Below are positions 1 to 14,073 of a stretch of DNA of 64,000 bases, one piece after another. Source of the stretch: Eledone cirrhosa (lineage: Eukaryota); NCBI GenBank assembly GCA_964016885.1, contig OZ024749.1, positions 46,128,001 to 46,192,000 on the forward strand, in the 5' to 3' direction. Made by a program: the position numbers and the translations under genes. Under the pieces are notes generated by a model. That model was not told the origin of the DNA, searched no databases, and worked only from the letters and a program-made list of their open reading frames with translations. Within the stretch, counting starts at the first letter, position 1. Every line of letters begins with the position of its first letter.

Positions 1-279
1 TTTTATCGACCCCGTAATAAATAGTACATATCACTGAAAATATGTGGAACATTTGTAGACCGAAACGCACACACACAATCATACACATCCACACACACAT
101 ATATATAGAACTCTCCTCCACTTCATCTAACCTTGAACATAATAAAAAGATTGTAAATTTACATCACTGTATTGTGTTTGTTTTATTGGTTCAACTATGT
201 ATGGATATATACACACACACACACACACACACTCATGTGTGTATATATATATATATGTATCTATATATATGTATCTATC

Positions 280-315
<36 letters not shown>

Positions 316-354
316 CGTATCTATATATATGTATATACATGTATATATATGTAT

Positions 355-398
<44 letters not shown>

Positions 399-411
399 AA
401 TACATATATAC

Positions 412-465
<54 letters not shown>

Positions 466-894
466 CATGCATAAATGTTGAGGGGGTGTTTAAGTCTATA
501 CTCTTTGTATGTCTTTTATTTGTTTGGCGCTTAATCATTTGTCATTGTTTATTGTGGACAATATAAGCACTGAAAAAAGATATACACAAACAGACGCACA
601 CACACACACATACACGCATACACATATAGAGAAGCATACATCCATAATAAAATGGATATTTTTTCCCCTCTATTCACATCTTTTCTAAGAAAATTCTCCT
701 CCAATCAAGTCCTTCCGCGACCACAATGGACTACAATAATGCACAATAGAACAGCTAGCAGATTTACCAATCTTTACCATTTGCTTCACAAACACACAAT
801 AAAGGCATTTGCCTTCAGATAGTCGATAAGGATAGAATATATTTCACTTATTGGAGTAGATTTAACCTATCTCTATATACAAGCTATGGGATTT

Positions 895-1140
895 TTCTAC
901 GTGGATGGTTATTCGACCTGTTAAAAATAACAGCCGTATCTTACTCAAATTAAACCCTACTATATTAAAATGGGAAACGGTGTATCGGATAATGAATGAC
1001 ATCTTGAAATGAATCGATTATGATTTTAAAAAAAAATGAAAAAATGAAAAAAAAAAAAAAGAATGACAAGGATGGTCACCTCTGGATTGCCTCTAAAATA
1101 TATTTATTTGTAAATGTCGCATCAAATATATAACAACAAG
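895..1140. repeat. Degenerate copy of a dispersed repeat family (core like CTGCTAGAAATAGCAGCCAAATCT...AAATCACACCCTAC)
   Basis: GACCTGTTAAAAATAACAGCCGTATCTTACTCAAATTAAACCCTAC resembles 51425-51475 (GTTAGAAATAGCAGTCGCATCGCTCTCTAAATCACCCTAC) and the reverse complement of 46545-46610. Weaker copies lie near 16040, 16330, 21640 and 23215. Confidence 0.6.
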
Positions 1141-1461
1141 CATATTAAATTTCCTAATACAGTTAAAACACGGATTAACGATAAGAGAGTAGACTTGACT
1201 ACAGCATACACCGGCATAAAGCGGATACACGGCCGGTGTAAGATGAAGAAAAGCTATCGTTTATTATAGGTGCCACACAGCTGGGTTACGTGTTGCTGAT
1301 TGATACAATGTCTGCTTGTCCGTCTCTCACCTGTTTTCTCTACTGCTTCACTCAGCTTTCTTTCATGTATATATCTACGTGTAACTTCTCTTTCTCTTTC
1401 TCTCCTTTTCCACACATGCACACTGCCTGTTCCTTCGCTCTCAATCTTTCTAGCTCTCACA

Positions 1462-1465
<4 letters not shown>

Positions 1466-1552
<87 letters not shown>
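1466..1552. repeat. (CT)n microsatellite
   Basis: Direct reading. Confidence 0.97.
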
Positions 1553-1802
1553 ACTCACTCCTTCTCTCACTATCATTCTTTCTCTTTTCCTTTCACCTTC
1601 TGTATCTCATCGTGTTCTCCATACTGACGCTCGCTTCATTTAAAAATATTGTTGCTACTATATAGATTAACATGGCATGTGTACCGTTAGTGTAGATATG
1701 ATATAGATGCAGTTCGACGGCAATGGATCGAAAAAAAAATTATATATATGTTGAAAGTCGAACGACTGTCGATCTATATATATATATATATAATATATAT
1801 AA

Positions 1803-1838
<36 letters not shown>

Positions 1839-1849
1839 TTATATCTATA

Positions 1850-1882
<33 letters not shown>

Positions 1883-1892
1883 ATATATATAT

Positions 1893-1997
1893 AATTTCGC
1901 TATTGTAAAGTCAATTTACCGTTGGTTCGGGAAAGTGAGCACTCAATGTGTAAATCTCCAGTGTATACTTTGGGGTTTACGAAGAAGAGTGTAATAA
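1893..1997. mobile_element. Family E relic in (TA)n, related to 45781-45975
   Basis: TTACCGTTGGTTCGGGAAAGTGAGCACTCAATGTGTA aligns with TTACTGTTGGTTCACCCAGGTGAGCACTGGATGTTTA near 45800; both are TA-flanked. Confidence 0.55.
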
Positions 1998-2014
1998 TAT
2001 GATATATAAATATG

Positions 2015-2078
<64 letters not shown>

Positions 2079-2278
2079 NNNNNNNNNNNNNNNNNNNNNN
2101 NNNNNNNNNNNNNNNNNNNNNNNNNNNNNNNNNNNNNNNNNNNNNNNNNNNNNNNNNNNNNNNNNNNNNNNNNNNNNNNNNNNNNNNNNNNNNNNNNNNN
2201 NNNNNNNNNNNNNNNNNNNNNNNNNNNNNNNNNNNNNNNNNNNNNNNNNNNNNNNNNNNNNNNNNNNNNNNNNNNNNN
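2079..2278. other. Assembly gap (200 N)
   Basis: Run of N between a (TG)n tract and an RTE-like fragment. Confidence 0.99.
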
Positions 2279-2420
2279 TCACAGGTGTAGTGTTTGTACC
2301 AGAGGTTTCAAGTCGCTGGCTGGACTAAAAAGTCACACTCGTTCAGCGCTTCGGTAGGGGTTATCCTACATGGATGTAAAGTAGTGGCCGTACTCGAAAA
2401 CGAGTTGGCAGCCACCATGT
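2279..2420 (+). mobile_element. 3' end of an RTE-like non-LTR element (C2H2-like finger relic plus 3' UTR), 5' part lost in the gap
   Basis: Translates HRCSVCTRGFKSLAGLKSHTRSA and closely matches the reverse complement of 10881-11020. Confidence 0.75.
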
Positions 2421-2712
2421 CTACATATACATTTATTTCATATGTATACTTGTAAATGTGTATGCGTTTTTATCGTCATATTTTAAAATTATTCGTAATT
2501 TGACCATTCGAACAATTGTGTTATTTAAATGCAAAGTAGATATTCATGTACGTATATATGTAAATATATATATATATTTATATATATACATATATATGTA
2601 CAGATAGATCTATTTGTGTATATACACGTATAGATATATCTGTGTGTATATATATATATATATAAATATAATAAATATATATATATATACATATATATAT
2701 ATAGGTATATAT

Positions 2713-2747
2713 AGTAATAATAATAAATTTGAAGACTAAAATCCAAA
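2713..2747 (-). mobile_element. Family A 3'-tail relic in (TA)n
   Basis: AGTAATAATAATAAATTTGAAGACTAAAATCCAAA is the reverse complement of the family A tail at 47878-47912 and 49810-49845. Confidence 0.75.
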
Positions 2748-2778
2748 TATATATACCTATATATATATATATATATAT

Positions 2779-2917
<139 letters not shown>

Positions 2918-2938
2918 TATATATATATATATATAGAT

Positions 2939-3004
<66 letters not shown>

Positions 3005-3036
3005 GTATATATATATGTATATATATATGTATATAT

Positions 3037-3101
<65 letters not shown>

Positions 3102-3267
3102 AAAAAAAGGAAATGAATGACTTCACTTGTAGTGTTAAGAATTGTATGATTTAATGTTATAATATAATATTATGATATTATGAGTTATATAATATATATG
3201 CCTGTATGCATGTTTGTATACAGTTTTCTATGTATGTATGTTTATATGAAGGTTTTTATGTATGTGA

Positions 3268-3545
3268 AGGCGCCTCGTTTTCTGGTCAGGGTATTCGTCT
3301 TACAATCGTAATTTTCTAGGTTGCAATCCTGTCGCTTCCTTCATCATATGTAACACAATATATATCAACTGGAGGACTTTCACTCGGATGGAAAATCACT
3401 TTGCACTTGTAATCAGAATGAAAAAAATGAAAATGTCACGTTCTGTATCTTACTGAGACTTCCTGAAAACTACTTCAAGGCTACACGATTGTGGCATGCT
3501 CAGACACTTACACATTCATTTTAGAAGTATTTATTATGGAGTGAT
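3268..3545 (+). mobile_element. Old degenerate tRNA-derived SINE-like element (second family)
   Basis: The head GGCGCCTCGTTTTCTGGTCAGGGTATTCG...GGTTGCAATCCTG resembles decayed Pol III A/B boxes and follows a (TATG)n tract. Confidence 0.4.
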
Positions 3546-3975
3546 GATGGAGTTAATTTTTTTTTATTTTGTATGCATATAGCATATATATATATATATA
3601 TATATATCCATGTATATATGAATATATGTATTTATGCCTGTACATATATATGCTTGCATGTATTTTAAAATGTACTATATACATATTTAACTAAGGATAT
3701 GTATGTATTCCTGTGCGGTTAATAAAGTATTGAATATAATATTGGTGATAATGAGTAGGGAATTAAAATATATCTACATATATACACTAAGACATTTGCA
3801 GATACAGGCACAGATATCAAACACTCACATATAGACACAAATAAACACTTCAACACACACACACGCACACATATATATGCATACCCATAGATGTACTGTA
3901 CAGTATATAAAGTTATATTTATTATTTAACATGTGTAGATATGTAGATATGTAGATATATATATGTGTATATATA

Positions 3976-4032
<57 letters not shown>

Positions 4033-4069
4033 ATATATATATATATATATGTATACATGTATATATATG

Positions 4070-4140
<71 letters not shown>

Positions 4141-4144
4141 ATGT

Positions 4145-4194
<50 letters not shown>

Positions 4195-4199
<5 letters not shown>

Positions 4200-4320
4200 C
4201 AAAGAAAGTGTGGTAATGAACCAGGTGGACTACAACGCACCAGACTTCTTGACACTTAGCGTAGAACAGTGGGTTATACAAAAGGAGACAGGACACCAGT
4301 GGTCCTGACTCTATTCCTAT
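4195..4320 (-). mobile_element. Family B fold-back element, diverged, hairpin collapsed
   Basis: GTGTGGTAATGAACCAGGTGGACTACAACGCACCAG aligns with 61787-61830; it has a residual hairpin CAGGACACCAGTGGTCCTG and (TA)n on both sides. Confidence 0.75.
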
Positions 4321-4359
4321 ATATATATATATATATATAAGTGTGTATATTGTATATAT

Positions 4360-4445
<86 letters not shown>

Positions 4446-4450
4446 GTGTA

Positions 4451-4615
<165 letters not shown>

Positions 4616-4828
4616 CATATTTTCCTGGGTACTAACATGTGCACTTACGTGTACTTCATTAACACTCAAGCATATAGATATCATATATAACGTATATAAT
4701 CAAATACAGAGAGGATATATAGAAAGATATCTTGACAAAATATATTTTGCCAATTAAGAAATATCGTTGATATATTCACTATATTACCTGTACGATAAAA
4801 ACAATCACGAACACACAGATATTCCTAC

Positions 4829-4879
<51 letters not shown>

Positions 4880-5101
4880 CATCTATCTATCTATCTATGT
4901 ATCTATCTACCTATCTATCTATCTATCTATGTATCTATCTAATTTTATTTTTTGTTATATCTTATTTTATTTTTATATTTTGTTATTGCCTCCTCCTTAT
5001 TGAGGACGCCTTTTTGTGTAAACTCCCCCCTTTGTACTTGTCCCACTTTTGATGTCCTAGTGGCAAATAAAAGAAACCTATCTATGTATCTATCTATCTA
5101 G

Positions 5102-5133
<32 letters not shown>

Positions 5134-5135
5134 GT
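4829..5135. repeat. (CTAT)n microsatellite interrupted by a LINE 3' end
   Basis: CTAT arrays at 4829-4940 and 5078-5135. Confidence 0.9.
4941..5077 (+). mobile_element. Tx1-like LINE 3' UTR, 5'-truncated
   Basis: Closely matches the reverse complement of 13363-13500 and ends GGCAAATAAAAGAAAC. Confidence 0.8.
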
Positions 5136-5213
5136 ATTAACGGTAAAACTCGCATGTAATAATACTTTACACACATCTCGCTGTGTAACACTTCTCTTTG
5201 TGTAATATATTTG

Positions 5214-5240
<27 letters not shown>

Positions 5241-5245
<5 letters not shown>

Positions 5246-5333
5246 TAACAGATTAATCTTTAAGCAATATTTAATTCTAAATATTAGAATTATCGATCTC
5301 TCTTAGGATTATAGTCTTCAGATTTGTTATCAT

Positions 5334-5338
<5 letters not shown>
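5241..5338 (+). mobile_element. Family A element, internally collapsed
   Basis: The short-arm start TAAAATAACAGATTAATCTTTAAGCAA is joined to the tail GGATTATAGTCTTCAGATTTGTTATCATTAC; TA flanks. Confidence 0.65.
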
Positions 5339-5371
<33 letters not shown>

Positions 5372-5408
5372 TAAAATAACATTTATTAAAATATTATAAC
5401 TATATAAA

Positions 5409-5477
<69 letters not shown>

Positions 5478-5839
5478 AACTATAGATAAACATATCATAT
5501 AATGTGTATTTAGTTACATTTGAATAAAAACTTGAATAAGTTTTTGAATTAATATTTGAATTAGTGTATCAGTGTACATTTCTAAGAAAACGAGAATATT
5601 CCAAATCATCCTGAGAAACAATTGTGAAAGTTTTGCGAATACAGCATATAACACCTTTCTTGTCAGATTTACTCAGTGAGCGGTATGTTATTCACAAATG
5701 GAAGTAACACAAATTAGATATTGTCTGGAACCGAACACAGACATGTTAGCTGGAATAAGTAGGGTGTCATTGTATCCGACACCTCGACATCCCTACCAAC
5801 ATACACACACACATACATATGTATATATGTATATATGTA

Positions 5840-5888
<49 letters not shown>

Positions 5889-5896
5889 AGATATAG

Positions 5897-5927
<31 letters not shown>

Positions 5928-5988
5928 ATTATACATATGCGTGTGTGTGTATAGGTTTATATATATGTGAATATATAAACATATATAA

Positions 5989-6103
<115 letters not shown>

Positions 6104-6170
6104 TTTATATATATATGAGATTTTATATATTTATACATAAATATATATATATAAATTTATATATATACAT

Positions 6171-6274
<104 letters not shown>

Positions 6275-6300
6275 ACATAAATATATATATATTTATATTT

Positions 6301-6484
6301 ATATTTATTAAAATAACAGATTAATGTTTAAGCAAAGAATCGGTGCTTTCACCCTTAACGGGAACTTCTGAAACTAAATCTTAAACTTTAATCTGTTATT
6401 AGAATAAATATTTGCTCTATGGTTTTATATATTTTGATATATATATTATCCTCTTCGGATTTTAGTCTTCACATTTATTATTAC
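6301..6484 (+). mobile_element. Family A fold-back element; hammerhead-like fold on the - strand at 6326-6374
   Basis: The reverse complement of the left arm reads GTTT CAGAAGT TCCC GTTAA GGGT GAAA GCA..TGC TT AAAC; the right arm continues into the family tail. Confidence 0.8.
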
Positions 6485-6519
6485 ATATATTTACATATAT
6501 ACTTATATATATATATATT

Positions 6520-6651
<132 letters not shown>

Positions 6652-6743
6652 TATATATGTCAATATATGTATACATGTATATATGTGTATATGTAAATGT
6701 ACATGTATGTATACATATGTAAATGTAGATGTATATATATATA

Positions 6744-6835
<92 letters not shown>

Positions 6836-7025
6836 GTAATAATCATAAATTTGAAGACTAAATTCTGAAGAGGGTTCGATAAGAATAATGTATATTTCAA
6901 AATATTTAAGAAACCTACTGCAAATATTTATTAAAATAACAGATTAAAGTTTAAGCAAAGAATCGCTGCTTTCACCCTTAACGTGAAAGCAGCGATTCTT
7001 TGTTTAAACTTTATCTGGTATTATA
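6836..7025 (-). mobile_element. Family A fold-back element, long arm on the left, tail-to-tail with the 6301-6484 copy
   Basis: Palindrome AAAGAATCGCTGCTTTCAC-CCTTAAC-GTGAAAGCAGCGATTCTTT with the family tail on the - strand. Confidence 0.85.
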
Positions 7026-7059
7026 ATTAAAAAAATATATATGCATATATATATATATC

Positions 7060-7111
<52 letters not shown>

Positions 7112-7170
7112 TATATATGTAAACATACGTACACGTATGTATACACACACAAATACAAACACACACACAC

Positions 7171-7213
<43 letters not shown>

Positions 7214-7216
7214 GTA

Positions 7217-7334
<118 letters not shown>

Positions 7335-7423
7335 TTCTATACATATATATATATATATATATTTCTATACATATATATACGTATAACCGTAAAAAGCCTC
7401 ACACAAACACACGCACATACACA

Positions 7424-7476
<53 letters not shown>

Positions 7477-8097
7477 ACACATATTTAAATATATACATAT
7501 ATTGTCGGTTTTATATGTATGTGTATGTTTGTGCGTGGTTGTGTCTGTGTGTCTGTGTATGTCTATGTTTCAACACATATAAACCTTGTAAATACACACG
7601 TTTTTTATCTTACGTGAATATATATTTATATATATAATGTCCAAACACATTACACTCACTTACACACGTTCGTTACTTTATAGCATGTTTTTCATCCTAA
7701 ACTTTAATTTATCTAAACACTGAAACACACACACACACACACACAAACATAGACATATAAACAACATACAGCATGGTATAACACCCATTATCCTGCTCCA
7801 ATAACGCAATCGAAAACCCCCTACCATCGACACCGTATCTCTTAGCTTCTGAATTACCACCACATCAACACCATAAGCAACAAGGCACCATACGAAAACC
7901 ATTAACCACCACTAACCTCAATCACCACTCAATATGATGGATGTCTTATAGGCAATAATGGTAATTTAGCTCCTACTCCACAGACATTATTATATGTCAT
8001 ATTTAAAAATCATTGTCGAGTTTTTGAGAAATAACGGTTGGAGGCGGTTTTTCATTTATTCACATGTCCATATCAATATACTGTGCAGTGACATGTA

Positions 8098-8164
<67 letters not shown>

Positions 8165-8221
8165 TATGTATATATATATGTGTGAGTGAGTGTGTGTAAG
8201 ACTATGTATATATAAATATAT

Positions 8222-8328
<107 letters not shown>

Positions 8329-8376
8329 TGTATATATATATAGTCAAAAAGATACATAGATTAACACATGTATATA

Positions 8377-8464
<88 letters not shown>

Positions 8465-8967
8465 TATATAAATAGAGAGAGAGATATGGGGGATATGAAT
8501 AGAGCCGGATTAATAGATAGATTTAAAAATGCATATTTACATAAATATATATATGTGTGTGTGTGTGTGAGTGTGTGTATGTGTGTGTGTGTATGTGTGT
8601 CTGTGTGCGCGTGTGTGTGTGTAGGTGTCAGTGTGTGTGTGGGGGTTCGCATGACTGTGTGTTTGTGTGTGTGTTTTGTGCTGTGGAAATTCGCACACAC
8701 ACCATCATTTACACACAACAATCAAACACATGGAATCAGAAAAACATTAGCTTGGTTGGCTCCTTACATCATGATGTGGCTGAAATATAGATGATTTTTT
8801 TTTATAGTCGGGTTCATATGTAGATAGTCCATTAGATCATTAAAAGACTTTTATATTAGTATAATTTTCTCTGAAATAGTAATTACACTTTATGTAAAGC
8901 ATTTTAGAATTTGTTTGTAATTTCTACAAAAATATATATTGATGAATTTAGCATATAATATATGTAA

Positions 8968-8972
8968 GTATG

Positions 8973-9004
<32 letters not shown>

Positions 9005-9018
9005 TGTATGTATGTATG

Positions 9019-9049
<31 letters not shown>

Positions 9050-9092
9050 GTAAGTATGTGTATGAATGTATGTATGTATGTATGTATGTATG

Positions 9093-9123
<31 letters not shown>

Positions 9124-9140
9124 GTATGTGTATGTATGTA
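8968..9140. repeat. (TATG)n microsatellite
   Basis: Direct reading. Confidence 0.95.
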
Positions 9141-9362
9141 TGTAAGTATGTGTATGTATGGATGGATGGGGTATCCATGCACGTACTTAGCTAAGCAAGC
9201 GTATACATCTTTATATATATTAATATTGTTATTTAACTCCGAAAACATATATGTGTGTATCAAGATAATTTCCTATATACATATATAAATATATACATTT
9301 ATATATATATATATATATATATATACACTCATAAGTATGTATACGCACCAACACGTATATAC

Positions 9363-9403
<41 letters not shown>

Positions 9404-9960
9404 TAAATATATATATACGTATATATATATATATATATATATATATACGTATATATATATATATATATATATACGTATATATATATATATACATATATAC
9501 ATTTATTTATATATATATATATATACATAAATTCATATATATACACACATATATATATATATATATGTGTGTATGTATATATATATATATATTATATATA
9601 TATATATATGTATATATATGAATATATATGTATATATATATATATATATATACATATACATACATATATATATATATATACATATATATACATATATATA
9701 GATACGTATATATATACATATATATATATATATATAGATATAGATATATATATATATACATATGTACAGATATATATAAAAATATTGTTTCATCTCACAG
9801 TTAACAATACTCATTTTACTTAGCAATACATTTAACATTTTGTAAGTGTGAGCGTTTTGGGTCCCTCACACTGATCCGTGTGTATTTCATTATATTCGAT
9901 GTGCATGTATATGCGTTTATAATATCATAAATGCATATATATATATATATACTCACCCAT

Positions 9961-10157
9961 TGGTGGATTGGCAGTATTGGAGTATTGGTAGATGGTCGGA
10001 CGCGATGCTTTGAGTATAGATTTTACGGCCCTTGCCATTCTGAGTTCAAATCCCGCAAAGGTTAACTTTGCCTTTCATCCTTACGGGGTCGATAAAATAA
10101 AGTACCAGTAGTGGACTGGGTGATTGCTGGCCTTGTGCCTAACGTAGAAACAATTAT
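9961..10157 (+). mobile_element. tRNA-derived SINE, near full length (main family)
   Basis: A-box-like TGGCAGTATTGG, B box GAGTTCAAATCCC, core CTTTGCCTTTCATCCTTACGGGGTCGATAAAATAAAGTACCAG and tail GTAGAAACAATTA; more than 10 copies in the window. Confidence 0.9.
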
Positions 10158-10189
10158 ATATATATATCATCATTATATAAAGAAATCAT

Positions 10190-10221
<32 letters not shown>

Positions 10222-10342
10222 ATCTATATATTATATATATATGTGCATATATATACATATATATATATATGTATATATATTACATATATATGCACATATA
10301 TATATATCATATATATATATATGTACATACATATATGTATGT

Positions 10343-10545
10343 AAAAGGTAATAACAACACTATCGGTTCAGTATATGGAAGGAATATACTGGGCTAACAC
10401 CTTGATATAGCAGGAAGAGGGTCTTAACGTTTCGGACACTAATCGTCCATCAGAAGAAAGAGTGAGAAATAAGATAGATTGAGGGGACGGGTGGATTAGA
10501 ATTGGAAAACATGTCTTTAGACAAAAATAACAGTTTACATGTTTA
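10343..10545 (-). mobile_element. Family D element with a degenerate hammerhead motif (10422-10457, - strand)
   Basis: The - strand reads TCTT CTGAT GGAC GATTAGT GTCC GAAA CGT T AAGA, a core lacking G8-A9. A second copy is at 34780-34930. Confidence 0.7.
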
Positions 10546-10548
10546 CAT

Positions 10549-10600
<52 letters not shown>

Positions 10601-10880
10601 AAAAATTGAACGGGAACAAAACAGAGAGGCAGTACGAACAAAGGTTTATTAGTTTCACGCTCTTGAGAGTGGGGTGGTGGTGGTGGTGTGTGTGTATGTG
10701 TGTGTGTGTGTGTGTGCGTATGTGTGTACATATATACATATACATGTATATATATATACATATATACATATACGTTCATACATATATATATATATATATA
10801 TTTACATAAATGTATATGTATGTACATATATATGTATATATGTGTGTGTGTCTATGCTTACATATATACATACATATATA

Positions 10881-11445
10881 CATGGTGGCTGCCAACTCGT
10901 TTTCGAGTACGGCCACTACTTTTTATCCATGTAGGAGAACCCCTACCGATGGGCTGAACGAGGGTGACTTCTTAGTCCAGTCAGCGACTTGAAAACTCTG
11001 GTACAAACACTACACTTGTGACAATTATTGACACATAGGCTGGGCCCATGGTAACATGTGACAAGTGCAGAGAGATCTCCCGATATAAAGCAATGCCTGT
11101 GCTGTGAAGCTTTTATAGTGAGCAAAGGCACTGCACAAAGCCGGTCCCACTCTCTTAACCAAGATGATATTTACCAAAAAGAAGAACAAGTCAACATCAT
11201 TGGATACCATCAGAGTTGCAGGTGTTATATCAGAGTTTTCCTTCTCCTAGAATTCTGTCTTGACAAAGGCTAAGGGGTCATCTCTCCCGGTGATTTTGGA
11301 TGGCCATTGACTCTTAAGAGCGCCTTTTCCCTTTGACAGGTTTTGTTTTTAGTCCTGCAGGATGTCCAAAGTCACCCTCCTCACCAAGAAACCTTGGTGG
11401 GGTTTCCAGTTTAGTCGCCAACGAGCCGACCATGGGACAGGTTGT
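10881..11445 (-). mobile_element. Short non-autonomous RTE-like element (putative 5' UTR joined to 3' end) in a (TACA)n-rich tract
   Basis: The 3' part encodes [22 protein letters not shown] (C2H2-like) and matches 2279-2420. The other end (GAGTTTTCCTTCTCCTAG...AAGGCTAA on +) resembles RTE-type 5' UTRs from recall. No RT ORF lies between them. Confidence 0.65.
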
Positions 11446-12631
11446 ACATATATACACACATACATAAATACATGCATACCTACATACATACATACCTACA
11501 TATATACATTCATACACAAACATATCTACATCTTGCAGAAGCCTCGGCCCACAGACGTATTAACTTTTAATTTTGCATTAGAATCATGATTTTACACTAA
11601 ATGAATTCTCACGGCTCGGATGATTGTTATCATAATGTTTCCTTTTGTAATCAGCGTTTACTGGGATGAAACAGTATACTTAATGTAAGGGTGTATTTGC
11701 TGCATCTTTCAGGGGAATGGAATCCTATATAGACCTAAGATTCCCTATATTACTATTTGACACACTCAAACAGACGAAACTCGGTTGATTAAGAATATTT
11801 TTAGAATGGGCTTTCTGAATAAGGGATGAACTAGGTCGAAGCAAACACATCCCATCCTCATATACCACAATTCTTGGTTTTGCAGACGGCTTTTCACCAC
11901 AAAATATGTCCGGAATATTTCCCTTCCGCCAATTGTTATGTTAGTCATAGATTTCGGTTTATATTTCTTACAAAATAGAGCGACATAAACCTATATATTT
12001 TATGTAACACATTTGAAATAACAAAAAGCTAAATAGTCTGTGCTTGTGTTAAATTTAACTCAGAAAAAATGCTGTTTTCAGTTCTGCAAAAAGTATTTAG
12101 TCTTCAATCGTATGACTACTGTAGTGTATTTTCAGCTCGAGAAAACCATGATACACACACACACACACTCACACACACACTCACATAAACTCGCTCAAAC
12201 GCATACACCCACACACGCACATACACTCACTCAAACACATACACGCACACACGCACACAAACGCAAACATATATGTATATATATAGAGAGACAGATAGAT
12301 AGAGTTAGATAGATAGATATGGATATGGGTTAATTTAGTCTTAGGTATAATATGCGTGAAAAACTTAAAATGTTAATAGCTGAAGCGCCTTTGATCATCA
12401 CTGCCTGCTTCATGGCTGATCTGGATTTGAACAAGAAGAACAACTGACAAATGTCTTTCAAATGACAGCCTATCATATTTGTAAAGCAAAGATAGGTTGT
12501 ATAATATATTCCTAGGTACACGAACTCCGAAAGAAATATGGGACGGTCTTGTTTAAAATGCCTTTGAAAATATACTTATTCGATCAGGTGTGAATATACT
12601 CAAAACAACAATATCCGTCTACTTTTACTAA

Positions 12632-12698
<67 letters not shown>

Positions 12699-12701
12699 AA
12701 C

Positions 12702-12754
<53 letters not shown>

Positions 12755-12789
12755 TAAATATATACATATATATATATATATATATTTTA

Positions 12790-12828
<39 letters not shown>

Positions 12829-12865
12829 AATAAATATATACATACATATATATATATATATATAT

Positions 12866-13362
<497 letters not shown>

Positions 13363-13366
<4 letters not shown>

Positions 13367-13910
13367 TCTTTTATTTGCCACCAGGGCATCAAAAGTGGGA
13401 CAAGTACAATGGGGGGAGTTTACAAAACAAGGCGTCCTCAATAAGGAGGAGGCAATAACAATATATAAAAATAAAATAAAATATAACAAAAAATAAAATT
13501 TATAACAAAGTCCTCAATAGAGAGGAGGCGCCTTGGGGGGTCGCACACACCCCCGAAAAAAGTGTGCAACCCTTCTCCTCAGGAGCACAGAGAAGGGGTG
13601 CTCCCTTGGTCTTTCATCTTCCTCACCTATAGTCTGATGTAGAGTGAAGGCCCATTCACACGGGCCATTCTCGCCACTTTCACCCATCTTTCATAGAAAC
13701 GGCTGGGGTGCAGCACCTCTCTCTCCATCCTGATCCTTCTTCCGAAATGATATCGGAAGAAACGGACCAGTTGTTGGCCAGAGAGAAAGGTGTCTGACCT
13801 CAATCCTTTCAGACGCGTCCACCATACAACCTCTTTCGCCATGGCTATTACGCACAGAAACACCGCCTCTCCTTCGTTTTTGAAGAGGGGAGGCAGCTTG
13901 ATCGTTACAA
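13363..13910 (-). mobile_element. Tx1-like (L1 group) LINE, 5'-truncated: ORF2 C-terminus plus 3' UTR
   Basis: ORF 13627-13950(-) ...AVFLCVIAMAKEVVWWTRLKGL...RIRMEREVLHPSRFYERWVKVARM... has the AKxxxWxxR and FxxxW pattern of Tx1/L1 ORF2 C-termini. It is GC-richer than the background and its 3' UTR recurs at 4941-5077. Confidence 0.75.
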
Positions 13911-13924
13911 TAGATATATATATA

Positions 13925-14073
<149 letters not shown>

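Noticed and set aside
1207-1240. Small hairpin TACACCGGC...GCCGGTGTA
   Set aside because: A single 9-bp stem, compatible with chance.
1703-1776. Weak inverted repeat containing GAAAGTCGAACGACTG, a possible hammerhead half
   Set aside because: The cleavage-site base would be G, there is no upstream core, and the arms are too degenerate.
9961-10060. tRNA gene suggested by A and B boxes
   Set aside because: No cloverleaf; the boxes belong to the multi-copy SINE head.
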